NCBI GenBank assembly: GCA_016197005.1
Contig: JACPWO010000001.1
Coordinates: forward strand, 218,544-282,543
Length of the DNA: 64,000 nucleotides
Direction of reading: 5' to 3'
From: Candidatus Anderseniibacteriota bacterium
GTDB lineage: Bacteria; Patescibacteriota; Andersenbacteria; UBA10190
A model generated the notes under the pieces. That model was given only the letters and a program-made list of their open reading frames with translations, did no database searches and was not told the DNA's origin. Positions 49,063 to 56,777 of this stretch are shown piece after piece. Numbering within the stretch: position 1 is the first letter of the stretch; each line of letters begins with the position of its first letter. Position numbers and translations under genes: made by a program.

Positions 49063-49097
49063 ACAACAACAACCCGGCACTGTGCAGGGTTGTTGTT
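49063..49097. repeat. 12-bp-stem hairpin downstream of the second DUF11 gene, related to the 47561 hairpin
   Basis: CAACAACAACCC-ggcactgtgca-GGGTTGTTGTTG; shares the AACAACCC/GGGTTGTT core with the 47561 hairpin. Confidence 0.4.
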
Positions 49098-49118
49098 GAG
49101 TCTGATCATCTTCTGAAC

Positions 49119-50816
49119 TTAGAAGAACTTGCGGAGAACGAAGGCTAGACCGCCAGCGCCACCGAATAGGTTAAGGAGAGCGACCGAAGCCAGACCGCCC
49201 GTTTTGGCCGTAATTGGAACTGGAACGATACCATAACTTGTGCCAGCTACATCTTTGACTACTGTTTGCGTGATAATGTGCTGAACAGTTTTATGAGAAG
49301 TTCCAGCTACCTTGCCCGCGTTATCTACACTGGTCGAATCACTATCTTCATCACAGACATCGAAGTCATCTGAGCAAACTTCTACTCGGTTCGACAACAG
49401 GACTCCGTCAGGAACATTGCTTTTAACAGTGACGGTAATAGTGAATGTCTTGGTGTCGTTTTCTCCGATAGTAATACCGTCCCATGTAACTTTCTGACCA
49501 GCAATTGTGCCACCATCACTAGCTGACTTGATTGTTAAGTAGGATGGTACGTTGTCTTCAATGTGGATGTCGTGAATATCTACGTCACCCGTGTTCTCGA
49601 CTTCAATTTCATAGGTAAATGTATTGCCCGGTTTAACGAGATTCTGACTGGCTGTCTTCGTTACTCGAATATCTGCGTCATCAGGATCGGGAGTTGCCGT
49701 TGGGGTAGGCGTAGGAGTTGGCGTGGGTGTCACGGTGACCGTTGGAGTTGGAGTTACCGTAGCAGTCGGGGTTGGAGTCGGTGTCGGAGTTATAGTCGGC
49801 GTAGCAGTCGGAGTCACCGTAGGCGTCGCTGTGGGTGTAGCTGTCGGGGTAGATGTCGGTGTTGGAGTAACAGTTGCAGTGGGTGTTGGAGTTGCGGTTG
49901 GGGTTGGAGTAGCTGTAGGTGTCGCGGTCGGAGTAACTGTCGGGGTTGCTGTTGGTGTGACAGTAGGAGTCGCCGTTGGCGTAGCTGTTGGCGTAGCTGT
50001 AGGAGTAGCAGTTACAGTCGGCGTGGGAGTCGGGGTATCAGTAGGTGTTGGAGTCGGAGTAGCGGTAGGCGTAGGAGTTGGCGTGGGTGTAGGGGTACCA
50101 GTAGGAGTAACGGTCGGAGTCGTTGTTGGTGTAGTGGTTGGTGTTGCAGTCGGCGTGGCTGTAGGAGTTGGAGTGGCGGTTACCGTCGGAGTTGGGGTTG
50201 GAGTACCTAATACTGACGTGTCATAAAACAAAACATACTCGTCAATCCTTGGTCCAGCCGTCAATACAAAGCTGGCAACATTTGGAGCTGAATCGTAAAT
50301 TGTTACCTCATCTTTTAAAATACGACCGAGTTTCTCTCGTCCGTTATTTGGTCGCTCACTTCGTTCACGGCGAACACCATTTGAGCCACCGGTAAATGTA
50401 GAGCCATCAAGAATGATGAGACCGGCGGCACCAACTTTCCCGCGAGCAACATCACCATCAACTTTAATCTTGATCCAACCAGGGCCACGTTGCAGGGCTA
50501 AGCCGGTTGGATATACTGGTTCGGATTCAACAATAGGTTGGCCGCCAGTCGCGACTGGGAAGGTTTCGTTATCTTGGACAATTTGACCGCTCCCTAATTT
50601 TACAGTTGGCGTCATAACGCTCCGTCGAGTGGAGAGAACGGCACTAAAATCTACTCGAGCGTTAATGACTGGTGTCAAAGCTTCGGCAATATGTGTTTGG
50701 ACAGATACGAACGCAAGAATTCCGACAACAAGAAACGCCCCAGACAAACTGATAAATGGCGTTGAGATTCCAATCTTCTTTGCGAAAATTTTCTTTGACA
50801 GTATTTCCTTAAACAT
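49119..50816 (-). CDS. surface protein paralog: signal/TM, roughly 150-aa (TP)n-type linker, DUF11 domain, C-terminal sorting-signal-like tail
   Basis: Linker [36 protein letters not shown]...; DUF11-like [47 protein letters not shown]; C-terminus [11 protein letters not shown] + [20 protein letters not shown] + RKFF. Confidence 0.75.
   Translation of the reverse strand: MFKEILSKKIFAKKIGISTPFISLSGAFLVVGILAFVSVQTHIAEALTPVINARVDFSAVLSTRRSVMTPTVKLGSGQIVQDNETFPVATGGQPIVESEPVYPTGLALQRGPGWIKIKVDGDVARGKVGAAGLIILDGSTFTGGSNGVRRERSERPNNGREKLGRILKDEVTIYDSAPNVASFVLTAGPRIDEYVLFYDTSVLGTPTPTPTVTATPTPTATPTATPTTTPTTTPTVTPTGTPTPTPTPTPTATPTPTPTDTPTPTPTVTATPTATPTATPTATPTVTPTATPTVTPTATPTATPTPTATPTPTATVTPTPTSTPTATPTATPTVTPTATPTITPTPTPTPTATVTPTPTVTVTPTPTPTPTPTATPDPDDADIRVTKTASQNLVKPGNTFTYEIEVENTGDVDIHDIHIEDNVPSYLTIKSASDGGTIAGQKVTWDGITIGENDTKTFTITVTVKSNVPDGVLLSNRVEVCSDDFDVCDEDSDSTSVDNAGKVAGTSHKTVQHIITQTVVKDVAGTSYGIVPVPITAKTGGLASVALLNLFGGAGGLAFVLRKFF
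49690..50215. repeat. roughly 520-bp hexanucleotide/dodecanucleotide tandem repeat encoding the (TP)n linker of the second paralog
   Basis: GTTGGGGTAGGCGTAGGAGTTGGCGTGGGTGTCACGGTGACCGTTGGAGTTGG... continuous GTNGGN-type periodicity. Confidence 0.8.
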
Positions 50817-50966
50817 GTCTTATATTTAATGAGTAAAACAGCTGATTATCTTACAAAGCACTGCCCCTACCGTCAAATGAATGACGCGTATGTTGCTACT
50901 ATACCTACTCCCTCGTGGCGCGCTAGAGATAAAACGGCTTTGTTGCCAGGTAGTCTGACAGAAATT

Positions 50967-51398
50967 TTACTGATCCCAGAAGGTCCGGCCGGTTTTGTAA
51001 GATTCTACATATGACGGAACAGTCGGAAAAACTGGTTGGGGCAGATTATCCATGTCATACCAAGCCCAGCCTTCACTTTTGTTTGGCTCCATTAATTTTG
51101 GCTCTCCGCTTTTCCAATCTGCAGCAAAAGCCAAGTCAACATAATGCTTAGGGGCAAACTCCTTTAAGTTGTAGAGCCTAAGAAAACGAATGTTATCTAT
51201 CTCTAAATCTGTCTCTTCTTTTACTTCTCGCCGCACTACATCTTCAAACGATTCCATATATTCCATATGTCCTCCTGGCCACGCATACATGTTTTCTCCG
51301 TGGGATCCCTTTCTTACTCCCAGTAAAACCTTGCCATTTTTAATAATCATGACACCTATACCAACTTTGGGACGATTTTGTTCGGTCTGGTTATTCAT
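50967..51398 (-). CDS. NUDIX hydrolase
   Basis: Nudix box GGHMEYMESFEDVVRREVKEETDL; 143 aa. Confidence 0.8.
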   Translation of the reverse strand: MNNQTEQNRPKVGIGVMIIKNGKVLLGVRKGSHGENMYAWPGGHMEYMESFEDVVRREVKEETDLEIDNIRFLRLYNLKEFAPKHYVDLAFAADWKSGEPKLMEPNKSEGWAWYDMDNLPQPVFPTVPSYVESYKTGRTFWDQ

Positions 51399-51969
51399 GA
51401 GAATACTCTAACAGTTCATCTAGCACTTGAGGTAACTCTGTCACACCATCTCCCTCGGTAAAATGTCCCATGTTATGCATAACGATCACTTTCGCATTCA
51501 GCTTTTGCTCAAACATTTGCTTGTTCTCTTCCACTGCCCCAAAGTCATCATTGTCTGAAATAAAAACTGAAAACTTTTGAGTTGTTTTTAAGATCTTTGA
51601 AAAATCAATGGGTGTTTTCATCCATGGTTCTGCTACTAACTCTGTCTCTTCGTCTTCAAGGTTTTCTAATATAAACCAACCAGCAACAAAAACACATCCA
51701 CCTACCTTTTTGTCTGAATGTTTTTCTAAATATCTCATAATCGTTTGGCAGCCAATGCTATGACCGACAAAATATGTATGCTCATCAAGGTTGCCGACAA
51801 CCGCTTCTAATCGGTCCACCCATTTCTCAATGACAGGTTCATCATCACGAGACATTAGAGGCACATTTACTTCAAATCCTCGCTGCTCCAGTTGCTGCTT
51901 AAGCCATGGAAGCCAGTGTTCGTCCGGCCTCCCGCTCCAGCCGTGAACAATAAAGACTCGATTATTCAT
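51391..51969 (-). CDS. alpha/beta-fold serine hydrolase (YdeN/RBBP9-like esterase family)
   Basis: VFIVHGWSG...GHSIGCQ nucleophile elbow; 192 aa; 8-nt overlap with the downstream NUDIX gene. Confidence 0.6.
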   Translation of the reverse strand: MNNRVFIVHGWSGRPDEHWLPWLKQQLEQRGFEVNVPLMSRDDEPVIEKWVDRLEAVVGNLDEHTYFVGHSIGCQTIMRYLEKHSDKKVGGCVFVAGWFILENLEDEETELVAEPWMKTPIDFSKILKTTQKFSVFISDNDDFGAVEENKQMFEQKLNAKVIVMHNMGHFTEGDGVTELPQVLDELLEYSHE

Positions 51970-52427
51970 GTGGTAACTATATATGATTTTAGGGGAGCGT
52001 CAGCAAAGTACTTTCCACCAAAAAAGTTCTTGATCATTTCGTCGTGGGTTGGAAAGATTGCAGCTGGCAATTTACTGGGTTCAAACCACCCCAACTCGTA
52101 ACATCGATCCGGTTCAAGATTTTCTGGCTCTCCTATAACTTCTTTTGCTAAAAATCCGAGCTGAATATAGTGACCACGGCTCCCGTTCGGAGTGTTAACC
52201 AGTGTTCGAAACTCCAGTTCGGTAGTAGGAGCTATTAGATTCGTTTCCTCCTTAAGTTCTCGAGCTGCTGCATCCGCTATATTTTCTCCTTTCTCTAAGT
52301 GGCCACCAGGGAGAGCCCAGGTACCATCGCCGAATATATTCTTCCTTTTCCCGAATAGAAGCTTGCCCTCACGCATTACGAACACGTTCACGCCAACATA
52401 CATTGTATCGTAGGTATCTGTAGTCAT
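51966..52427 (-). CDS. NUDIX hydrolase
   Basis: Nudix box GGHLEKGENIADAAARELKEETNL; 153 aa; 4-nt overlap with the downstream gene. Confidence 0.8.
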   Translation of the reverse strand: MTTDTYDTMYVGVNVFVMREGKLLFGKRKNIFGDGTWALPGGHLEKGENIADAAARELKEETNLIAPTTELEFRTLVNTPNGSRGHYIQLGFLAKEVIGEPENLEPDRCYELGWFEPSKLPAAIFPTHDEMIKNFFGGKYFADAPLKSYIVTT

Positions 52428-52465
52428 TTATTCTAGTTTATGCTTCCTTTTTTACTCGCTCAAGT

Positions 52466-52885
52466 TTACCTATTTCTTAGATAAAAGAAGTCACTGAATA
52501 TTTTGTCGAGATCTACAAGATCTGTATATTCACTTACCTGGAGACGCGGGTTACCCGCTATCATAGCAGAAAGATGTCGATCGTTTGCCGGTCGGAAAAT
52601 ACATATGATCTTTTTACCTAATGATTCAGCCATAGCAATTTCGTATCCGACGCCAAGACTGGGGCTTGTTACTTCAGCAACGACTGCATCAGACTGGGTT
52701 AGCCAGTTCACATCGCGAGCAAAAATATCCGTATCCTTCCGCGCTGTTTCTGTCTCTACAACTTTTACATTACCTACATGTTCAGTGAGAACAGTTCCGA
52801 ATTTTTCCAATTGTTTAATAATCTCAAAGTAAAGCGCTTGATCCTGCCTACCACCTCTAATTGATCCAGCAAAATATATTTTCAT
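52466..52885 (-). CDS. 2'-deoxynucleoside 5'-phosphate N-hydrolase (DNPH1/Rcl-like, nucleoside 2-deoxyribosyltransferase fold)
   Basis: MKIYFAGSIRGGRQDQALYFEIIKQLEKFGTVLTEHV matches the DNPH1 N-terminal signature YFCGSIRGGR.D...FGTVLTEHV nearly residue for residue. Confidence 0.8.
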   Translation of the reverse strand: MKIYFAGSIRGGRQDQALYFEIIKQLEKFGTVLTEHVGNVKVVETETARKDTDIFARDVNWLTQSDAVVAEVTSPSLGVGYEIAMAESLGKKIICIFRPANDRHLSAMIAGNPRLQVSEYTDLVDLDKIFSDFFYLRNR

Positions 52886-52914
52886 AAATACGGTATATTG
52901 TTTTTACTATATCT

Positions 52915-53520
52915 ATGAACCAAAAACTCGTCATTTTTGATTTCGATGGCGTCATTATCGACTCGTTCAAAACGGTGTTTGATATTACCCGCCTAGAAAG
53001 ACCTACTCTGACTGAACAAGCGTACAGAAAATTATTCGAAGGTAATATTAATGATGTAAAAAATCTCAGTCCTTCATCGCAAAAAATAGATTTCTTTGAT
53101 ATATACAGTAAAAAAGCAGCGTCCCTTTTACTAATTCCTGGGGTTGTCGAACAAATTAAAAAAATTTCTGACTACTACGATCTTACGATTGTATCTTCTA
53201 CTACGACTCCTATTATTGATAATTTCCTAAAACAACATGATCTTAGGGATTACTTTAAAGAAATACTGGGTAACGATGTTGCCTTCAGTAAAGTAACAAA
53301 GTTTAAAATGTTATTTAAACAGTACCAGATCTTAAATACTGATGCAGTCTACATCACAGATACTCTTGGCGACATTCGTGAAGCAACACAGGTAAACCTT
53401 CCCTGCATTGCCGTTACCTGGGGATTCCACGATGAAGACTTATTACGTAGTGGCAGCCCAGCTCGTTTAATAAATAATCCAAAAGAACTTGTACCAAAAG
53501 TTTTTGAAATTTTAGCGTAG
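52915..53520 (+). CDS. HAD-superfamily phosphatase (subfamily IA)
   Basis: LVIFDFDGVIIDS motif I; 201 aa. Confidence 0.75.
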   Translation: MNQKLVIFDFDGVIIDSFKTVFDITRLERPTLTEQAYRKLFEGNINDVKNLSPSSQKIDFFDIYSKKAASLLLIPGVVEQIKKISDYYDLTIVSSTTTPIIDNFLKQHDLRDYFKEILGNDVAFSKVTKFKMLFKQYQILNTDAVYITDTLGDIREATQVNLPCIAVTWGFHDEDLLRSGSPARLINNPKELVPKVFEILA

Positions 53521-53721
53521 CGTTGTTCTTTAGTAGTTACTATTAACGAATTTGACGTTTCTTCTTGCGTACATAAATATATTAAATATATGAATCCTCG
53601 CACAAACATTATTGAAATGCGTAAGCTTGCATACCTGAAACATTGGCTAACACCAGTGCCGGGTTTTTGTGCGTACGGAATATATAAACATTAGATTCTA
53701 GTTACTATTTTCCTTACTCAT

Positions 53722-53748
53722 AAACCCCCGGCAAATGCCGGGGGTTTT
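53722..53748 (+). terminator. rho-independent terminator
   Basis: CCCCCGGC-aaat-GCCGGGGG followed by TTTT. It lies about 200 nt downstream of the HAD gene and may terminate an sRNA. Confidence 0.75.
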
Positions 53749-53792
53749 AATTTCCCCACGTTAGTTCTTTGCAAACAAGAAAGGTGCGAATC

Positions 53793-54023
53793 ATGGCAAC
53801 GTCTAAAAACGACCAGGCAGTTGAACTTTTGATTGAGCAGCTAAAAAGTGATCGTCTCAAAAAGGCAGTCTTTGAGCGACTATTCCCTGGACACGGGGAA
53901 GCCGTTCTCGCCCTGCACGGACGGCACGACTTACTATCACAGATCAAGTACCAGGTAAGTCTTGGCCCACCCCAATCAATCTCACCCTGTAACTGCATTA
54001 ACTGCGGATTTGGAGACGTCTGA
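53793..54023 (+). CDS. small hypothetical protein (76 aa)
   Basis: AAGAAAGGTG RBS before ATG 53793 (MATSKNDQAV...). Overlaps the next small ORF by ATGA; terminator downstream. Confidence 0.35.
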   Translation: MATSKNDQAVELLIEQLKSDRLKKAVFERLFPGHGEAVLALHGRHDLLSQIKYQVSLGPPQSISPCNCINCGFGDV

Positions 54024-54241
54024 TGGAAACAAACCACGATCGCATTGAAAAATTGTATAACACTGTTCAATGGAATCCACGGTGGGGTCAGGAGCCAGTT
54101 TTTACCTGGAGGTCGCTACCTCCACGGTCAGCAAGTTCGAGAATGGATTCGACTGAATCCACCAGTGAGCAATCTGACCGAGGCGGGTTATCATACCCGG
54201 AACGCTTCTCTTCCCAGTCCTCAATTGATCTGATGCATTAG
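54023..54241 (+). CDS. small hypothetical protein (72 aa)
   Basis: ATGA-coupled to the preceding ORF; followed by a terminator at 54255. Confidence 0.3.
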   Translation: METNHDRIEKLYNTVQWNPRWGQEPVFTWRSLPPRSASSRMDSTESTSEQSDRGGLSYPERFSSQSSIDLMH

Positions 54242-54254
54242 CAGTCAGTCATGT

Positions 54255-54286
54255 ACGCACGCTTACACGAAGCGTGCGTTTTTCTT
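54255..54286 (+). terminator. rho-independent terminator
   Basis: ACGCACGCTT-acac-GAAGCGTGCGT followed by TTTTTCTTT. Confidence 0.7.
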
Positions 54287-54312
54287 TACAATTTGTGAGA
54301 ATGCGTAGTTGC

Positions 54313-54741
54313 TTATAACTTTAGTTCAAAAATGTTTGGTGGCTTCGCTTCTAAATCCGAATATCTAATCCAAGTTGGCTTCACTTTAAACCAGCGCTGA
54401 TCGGATCTCTCGGCAAACTTTTTTGAGCGAGGATTTTTCTTAATATGTAAATCTCGGTACCGCTCCATTTCTGAACCTTTAATTTCTATAGCTTCGCCTT
54501 CGTACTGTACTGTAAGAGGTTTTCCAGGATCGTTACCAAGCGTAATTGCAACATGGGGTCTATTGATCAAGTTGCGGTACTTTCGAGACTGATTAGAAGT
54601 ACCAAAAATAAGGTCCAAATTACCTGCCTCTGTTATGGCTACCAATGCAGATTCCGGCTTACTTTGCTCATTCACAGTCGCCACAACTCCTAAAATCTGC
54701 GTCGCGATAAATTTACTAATTAACCTCTTATTGTCTTCCAT
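54313..54741 (-). CDS. pyridoxamine 5'-phosphate oxidase-like FMN-binding split-barrel protein
   Basis: 142 aa; VATVNEQSKPESALVAITEAGNLDLIFGTS...PHVAITLG resembles the PNPOx-like / general stress protein 26 family. Confidence 0.55.
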   Translation of the reverse strand: MEDNKRLISKFIATQILGVVATVNEQSKPESALVAITEAGNLDLIFGTSNQSRKYRNLINRPHVAITLGNDPGKPLTVQYEGEAIEIKGSEMERYRDLHIKKNPRSKKFAERSDQRWFKVKPTWIRYSDLEAKPPNIFELKL

Positions 54742-54742
54742 T

Positions 54743-54769
54743 GCAGGGATACTTAGATCAGCTTAGAAC
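54743..54769 (+). repeat. copy 1 of a conserved 27-nt intergenic motif
   Basis: GCAGGGATACTTAGATCAGCTTAGAAC; 23/27 identical to copy 2. Contains the direct half-repeat TTAGAY-N5-TTAGAAC. Confidence 0.6.
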
Positions 54770-54889
54770 TTTATTATGCCTGATGGGTTATTAACTCCCA
54801 TACCTTGATGGTCTTTAAGTTTATGCTTCGTTTGTATAACTTTGTATATGAGGTAATGGTGCACACTTTGAACTAAGAAAGGAAACGAC

Positions 54890-55114
54890 ATGAGTACTCC
54901 TTATCAAGAACACCCCGACTCTAATGTGAGTCAGGCCCTAACTCGTCTCTGTGATGCGTTGTGCAGTTGGGAACGAGCAACTGGAAGAACTTCGGTACTT
55001 GTTCTTCGTGAGTCTGGGGGTTTTCACTTCCGAGCTGATAGTGGCAAACCTCTGAGCTCAGATAACGATGACATTCCTGACGAACAACTATTTCGGATGC
55101 TCAGTCAGGAATAA
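54890..55114 (+). CDS. small hypothetical protein (74 aa)
   Basis: AAGAAAGGAAACGAC-ATG RBS. Terminator immediately downstream. Confidence 0.4.
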   Translation: MSTPYQEHPDSNVSQALTRLCDALCSWERATGRTSVLVLRESGGFHFRADSGKPLSSDNDDIPDEQLFRMLSQE

Positions 55115-55142
55115 ATCAAGTACTTAATGCAGTCTTTTGTTG

Positions 55143-55176
55143 ACCGCAAGCACACCTGCATCTTGCGGTTTTTTCT
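55143..55176 (+). terminator. rho-independent terminator
   Basis: ACCGCAAG-cacacctgcat-CTTGCGGT followed by TTTTTTCTTT. Confidence 0.7.
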
Positions 55177-55193
55177 TTGCATTAATTTTCTTA

Positions 55194-55220
55194 GCAGGGA
55201 TATTTAGACCAAGTTAGAAC
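55194..55220 (+). repeat. copy 2 of the 27-nt intergenic motif
   Basis: GCAGGGATATTTAGACCAAGTTAGAAC. Confidence 0.6.
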
Positions 55221-55290
55221 CTATTCCTTACGGTGCCTGTTGGATAGATGTAGTGAAAAGACTTGAAAATGATCAACTATTATGGTATAG

Positions 55291-55542
55291 TTGTCTGTGA
55301 TCCACGCTACAAATCCCCAGGAAGATACCAACCTTATCGGAAATTCTACCGAGGTTTTTGTGACGTACTACAATAGAAATATTCCGGATGCCTTTCCTCA
55401 TGCTACTCGCAAGACGCTAAATGTGTTTAAGGCTCAATATCCATCGTTATTCAAGGAAAACGGAGAATGGATTATCGACAAGCACCGAAAAAAGTATATG
55501 GATTGGCTCGCTTCCTACCACGATTCACAAGTCACGCCCTAA
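55291..55542 (+). CDS. doubtful small ORF (TTG start in the ORF track). The region may instead be a transcribed non-coding unit.
   Basis: No ATG start. A good promoter-like element, TTGAAA (55263-55268) / 17 nt / TATAGT (55286-55291), ends at the proposed start codon, which argues against this start. Confidence 0.2.
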   Translation: MSVIHATNPQEDTNLIGNSTEVFVTYYNRNIPDAFPHATRKTLNVFKAQYPSLFKENGEWIIDKHRKKYMDWLASYHDSQVTP

Positions 55543-55569
55543 ATTCTCAGTACGTAGCTTGCCATAAGA

Positions 55570-55596
55570 GCAGAAGTATTTAGACCGAGCTAGACC
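55570..55596 (+). repeat. copy 3 (more diverged) of the 27-nt intergenic motif
   Basis: GCAGAAGTATTTAGACCGAGCTAGACC; 21/27 identical to copy 2. Confidence 0.5.
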
Positions 55597-56205
55597 CTAC
55601 TGAGACTTAATCCAGTTCTTAAATTCAACAAAGTTTTTATACAAAAATCCCCTGCCTCCTTTTTTCTCATATAGCTCAATTACATCAGATTGGTTATCAA
55701 TCATTAGTGATTTTGAAATATTCTTTTCTCCTAGCTTTTCTAAGGCAATATCAAACAATCTTCCGTTCTGTTCCTTTTTAAGAAAACCATAGTCAGCGGA
55801 ATTTACGACTGCATCAAATTTTTGACTAAGGTTGTTATTTTTGACCGTGATTTCGGAAAATACATCCATATTATCGGTAACTAACCCAACTTTAGTGCCT
55901 TGTTTCCTTAGAGTATTTATGAGAGCTAGTAATTGATCATCAAGCTTCATGAGTCTTACGCTTTCCTCAAATGCCTCCTTGAGAATCTCTACATCTATCC
56001 CTGTTCTACTCGCAATATCATCGTTTACTTGATCAGAGGTAACTTCTCCCCGCATCCATCTGCGGACGAGCTCACGGTTACCCTCAAAAACATTCTTTGC
56101 GATCCAGTCAGCAATTTCAGAGTGTTCTGGTTTGAGTGTTGTTGTATAAAAATAGTCAAAACAAAGTACGCCGTCAAAATCAAAAAGAATTGTTTTAAAA
56201 TTCAT
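55597..56205 (-). CDS. HAD-superfamily hydrolase
   Basis: ILFDFDGVLCFD motif I; 202 aa. Confidence 0.7.
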   Translation of the reverse strand: MNFKTILFDFDGVLCFDYFYTTTLKPEHSEIADWIAKNVFEGNRELVRRWMRGEVTSDQVNDDIASRTGIDVEILKEAFEESVRLMKLDDQLLALINTLRKQGTKVGLVTDNMDVFSEITVKNNNLSQKFDAVVNSADYGFLKKEQNGRLFDIALEKLGEKNISKSLMIDNQSDVIELYEKKGGRGFLYKNFVEFKNWIKSQ

Positions 56206-56235
56206 CAGCTCGGATATATAGACCAGTTAAAATTT

Positions 56236-56496
56236 TCAATCAAAAGATATTACTAGAAAGCCATGCTTTTCTACATCGGCCTTTGGCCAAAACTTTACAT
56301 CATTAGTTTTTAGAACATGAGTTACTACTTTCTCAATTTCTCTTCCGGTATAGCTCTTAGTTTTTGGATCCCATTCTTTAAGAAGAAGTAGGTCACCCGG
56401 ACTGCATTCCCAGTCAGCTAACCTTAACTCATATTTTTTCTCACCATCAAAAATTCTTTGGAAATACTCAGGCCAGACTTTTTTCTCTTTTTTCAT
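56236..56496 (-). CDS. ASCH/DUF3850-like small beta-barrel protein
   Basis: 86 aa; EYFQRIFDGEKKYELRLADWECSPGDLLLLKEW resembles ASCH-type PUA-like domains. Confidence 0.45.
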   Translation of the reverse strand: MKKEKKVWPEYFQRIFDGEKKYELRLADWECSPGDLLLLKEWDPKTKSYTGREIEKVVTHVLKTNDVKFWPKADVEKHGFLVISFD

Positions 56497-56752
56497 ATAT
56501 GAAGTATTGCACTAAAGTTACGCCCCACATGATTATGCCAATGGAAAATGAAGCCAACGGTAGCCATGCACGTGTCAAAGTGAAAAATCCGATTGATGAG
56601 GCGTAAAACGCAAGAGCGATGAGGATTGTCATCAAAGGTTGGCCGGATCGTTTTTCCTGGTAGTTCTTTTTGATTTGCGCTGGAATACCGACGAGTACAA
56701 GAGCCAGAGAAAAAATACTCACGAGTAAACTCAGTGTGAATTGAAGATCCAT
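56468..56752 (-). CDS. small hypothetical membrane protein
   Basis: 94 aa, three TM helices. Confidence 0.35.
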   Translation of the reverse strand: MDLQFTLSLLVSIFSLALVLVGIPAQIKKNYQEKRSGQPLMTILIALAFYASSIGFFTLTRAWLPLASFSIGIIMWGVTLVQYFIYEKREKSLA

Positions 56753-56777
56753 GCGGGTCTAGTTTGATCTTTGAACT

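Noticed and set aside
47561-49097. The two hairpins after the DUF11 genes as canonical rho-independent terminators
   Set aside because: Neither is followed by a T-tract on the relevant (minus) strand. They are retained as conserved hairpin repeats only.
48094-50226. A CRISPR-like array suggested by highly periodic short repeats, together with the long antisense GVGVGV / RSWRGC ORFs in the ORF track (48094..48525, 47928..48431, 49563..50210, 49723..50226)
   Set aside because: The period is 6/12 nt with no repeat-spacer structure. The tract lies inside long sense-strand ORFs encoding (TP)n. The antisense ORFs are low-complexity artefacts of the same repeat.
55291-55542. Confident protein-coding call for the TTG-start ORF
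   Set aside because: There is no ATG. The promoter -10 element ends at the proposed start codon, and the only internal Met is near the C-terminus. It is kept only as a low-confidence feature.
54743-55596. Integron attC sites / gene cassettes as an explanation for the 3-copy motif
   Set aside because: The motif is a direct-repeat element without the extended imperfect inverted symmetry of attC. Its GTTAGAAC does not satisfy the GTTRRRY core. No integrase gene is present in the window.
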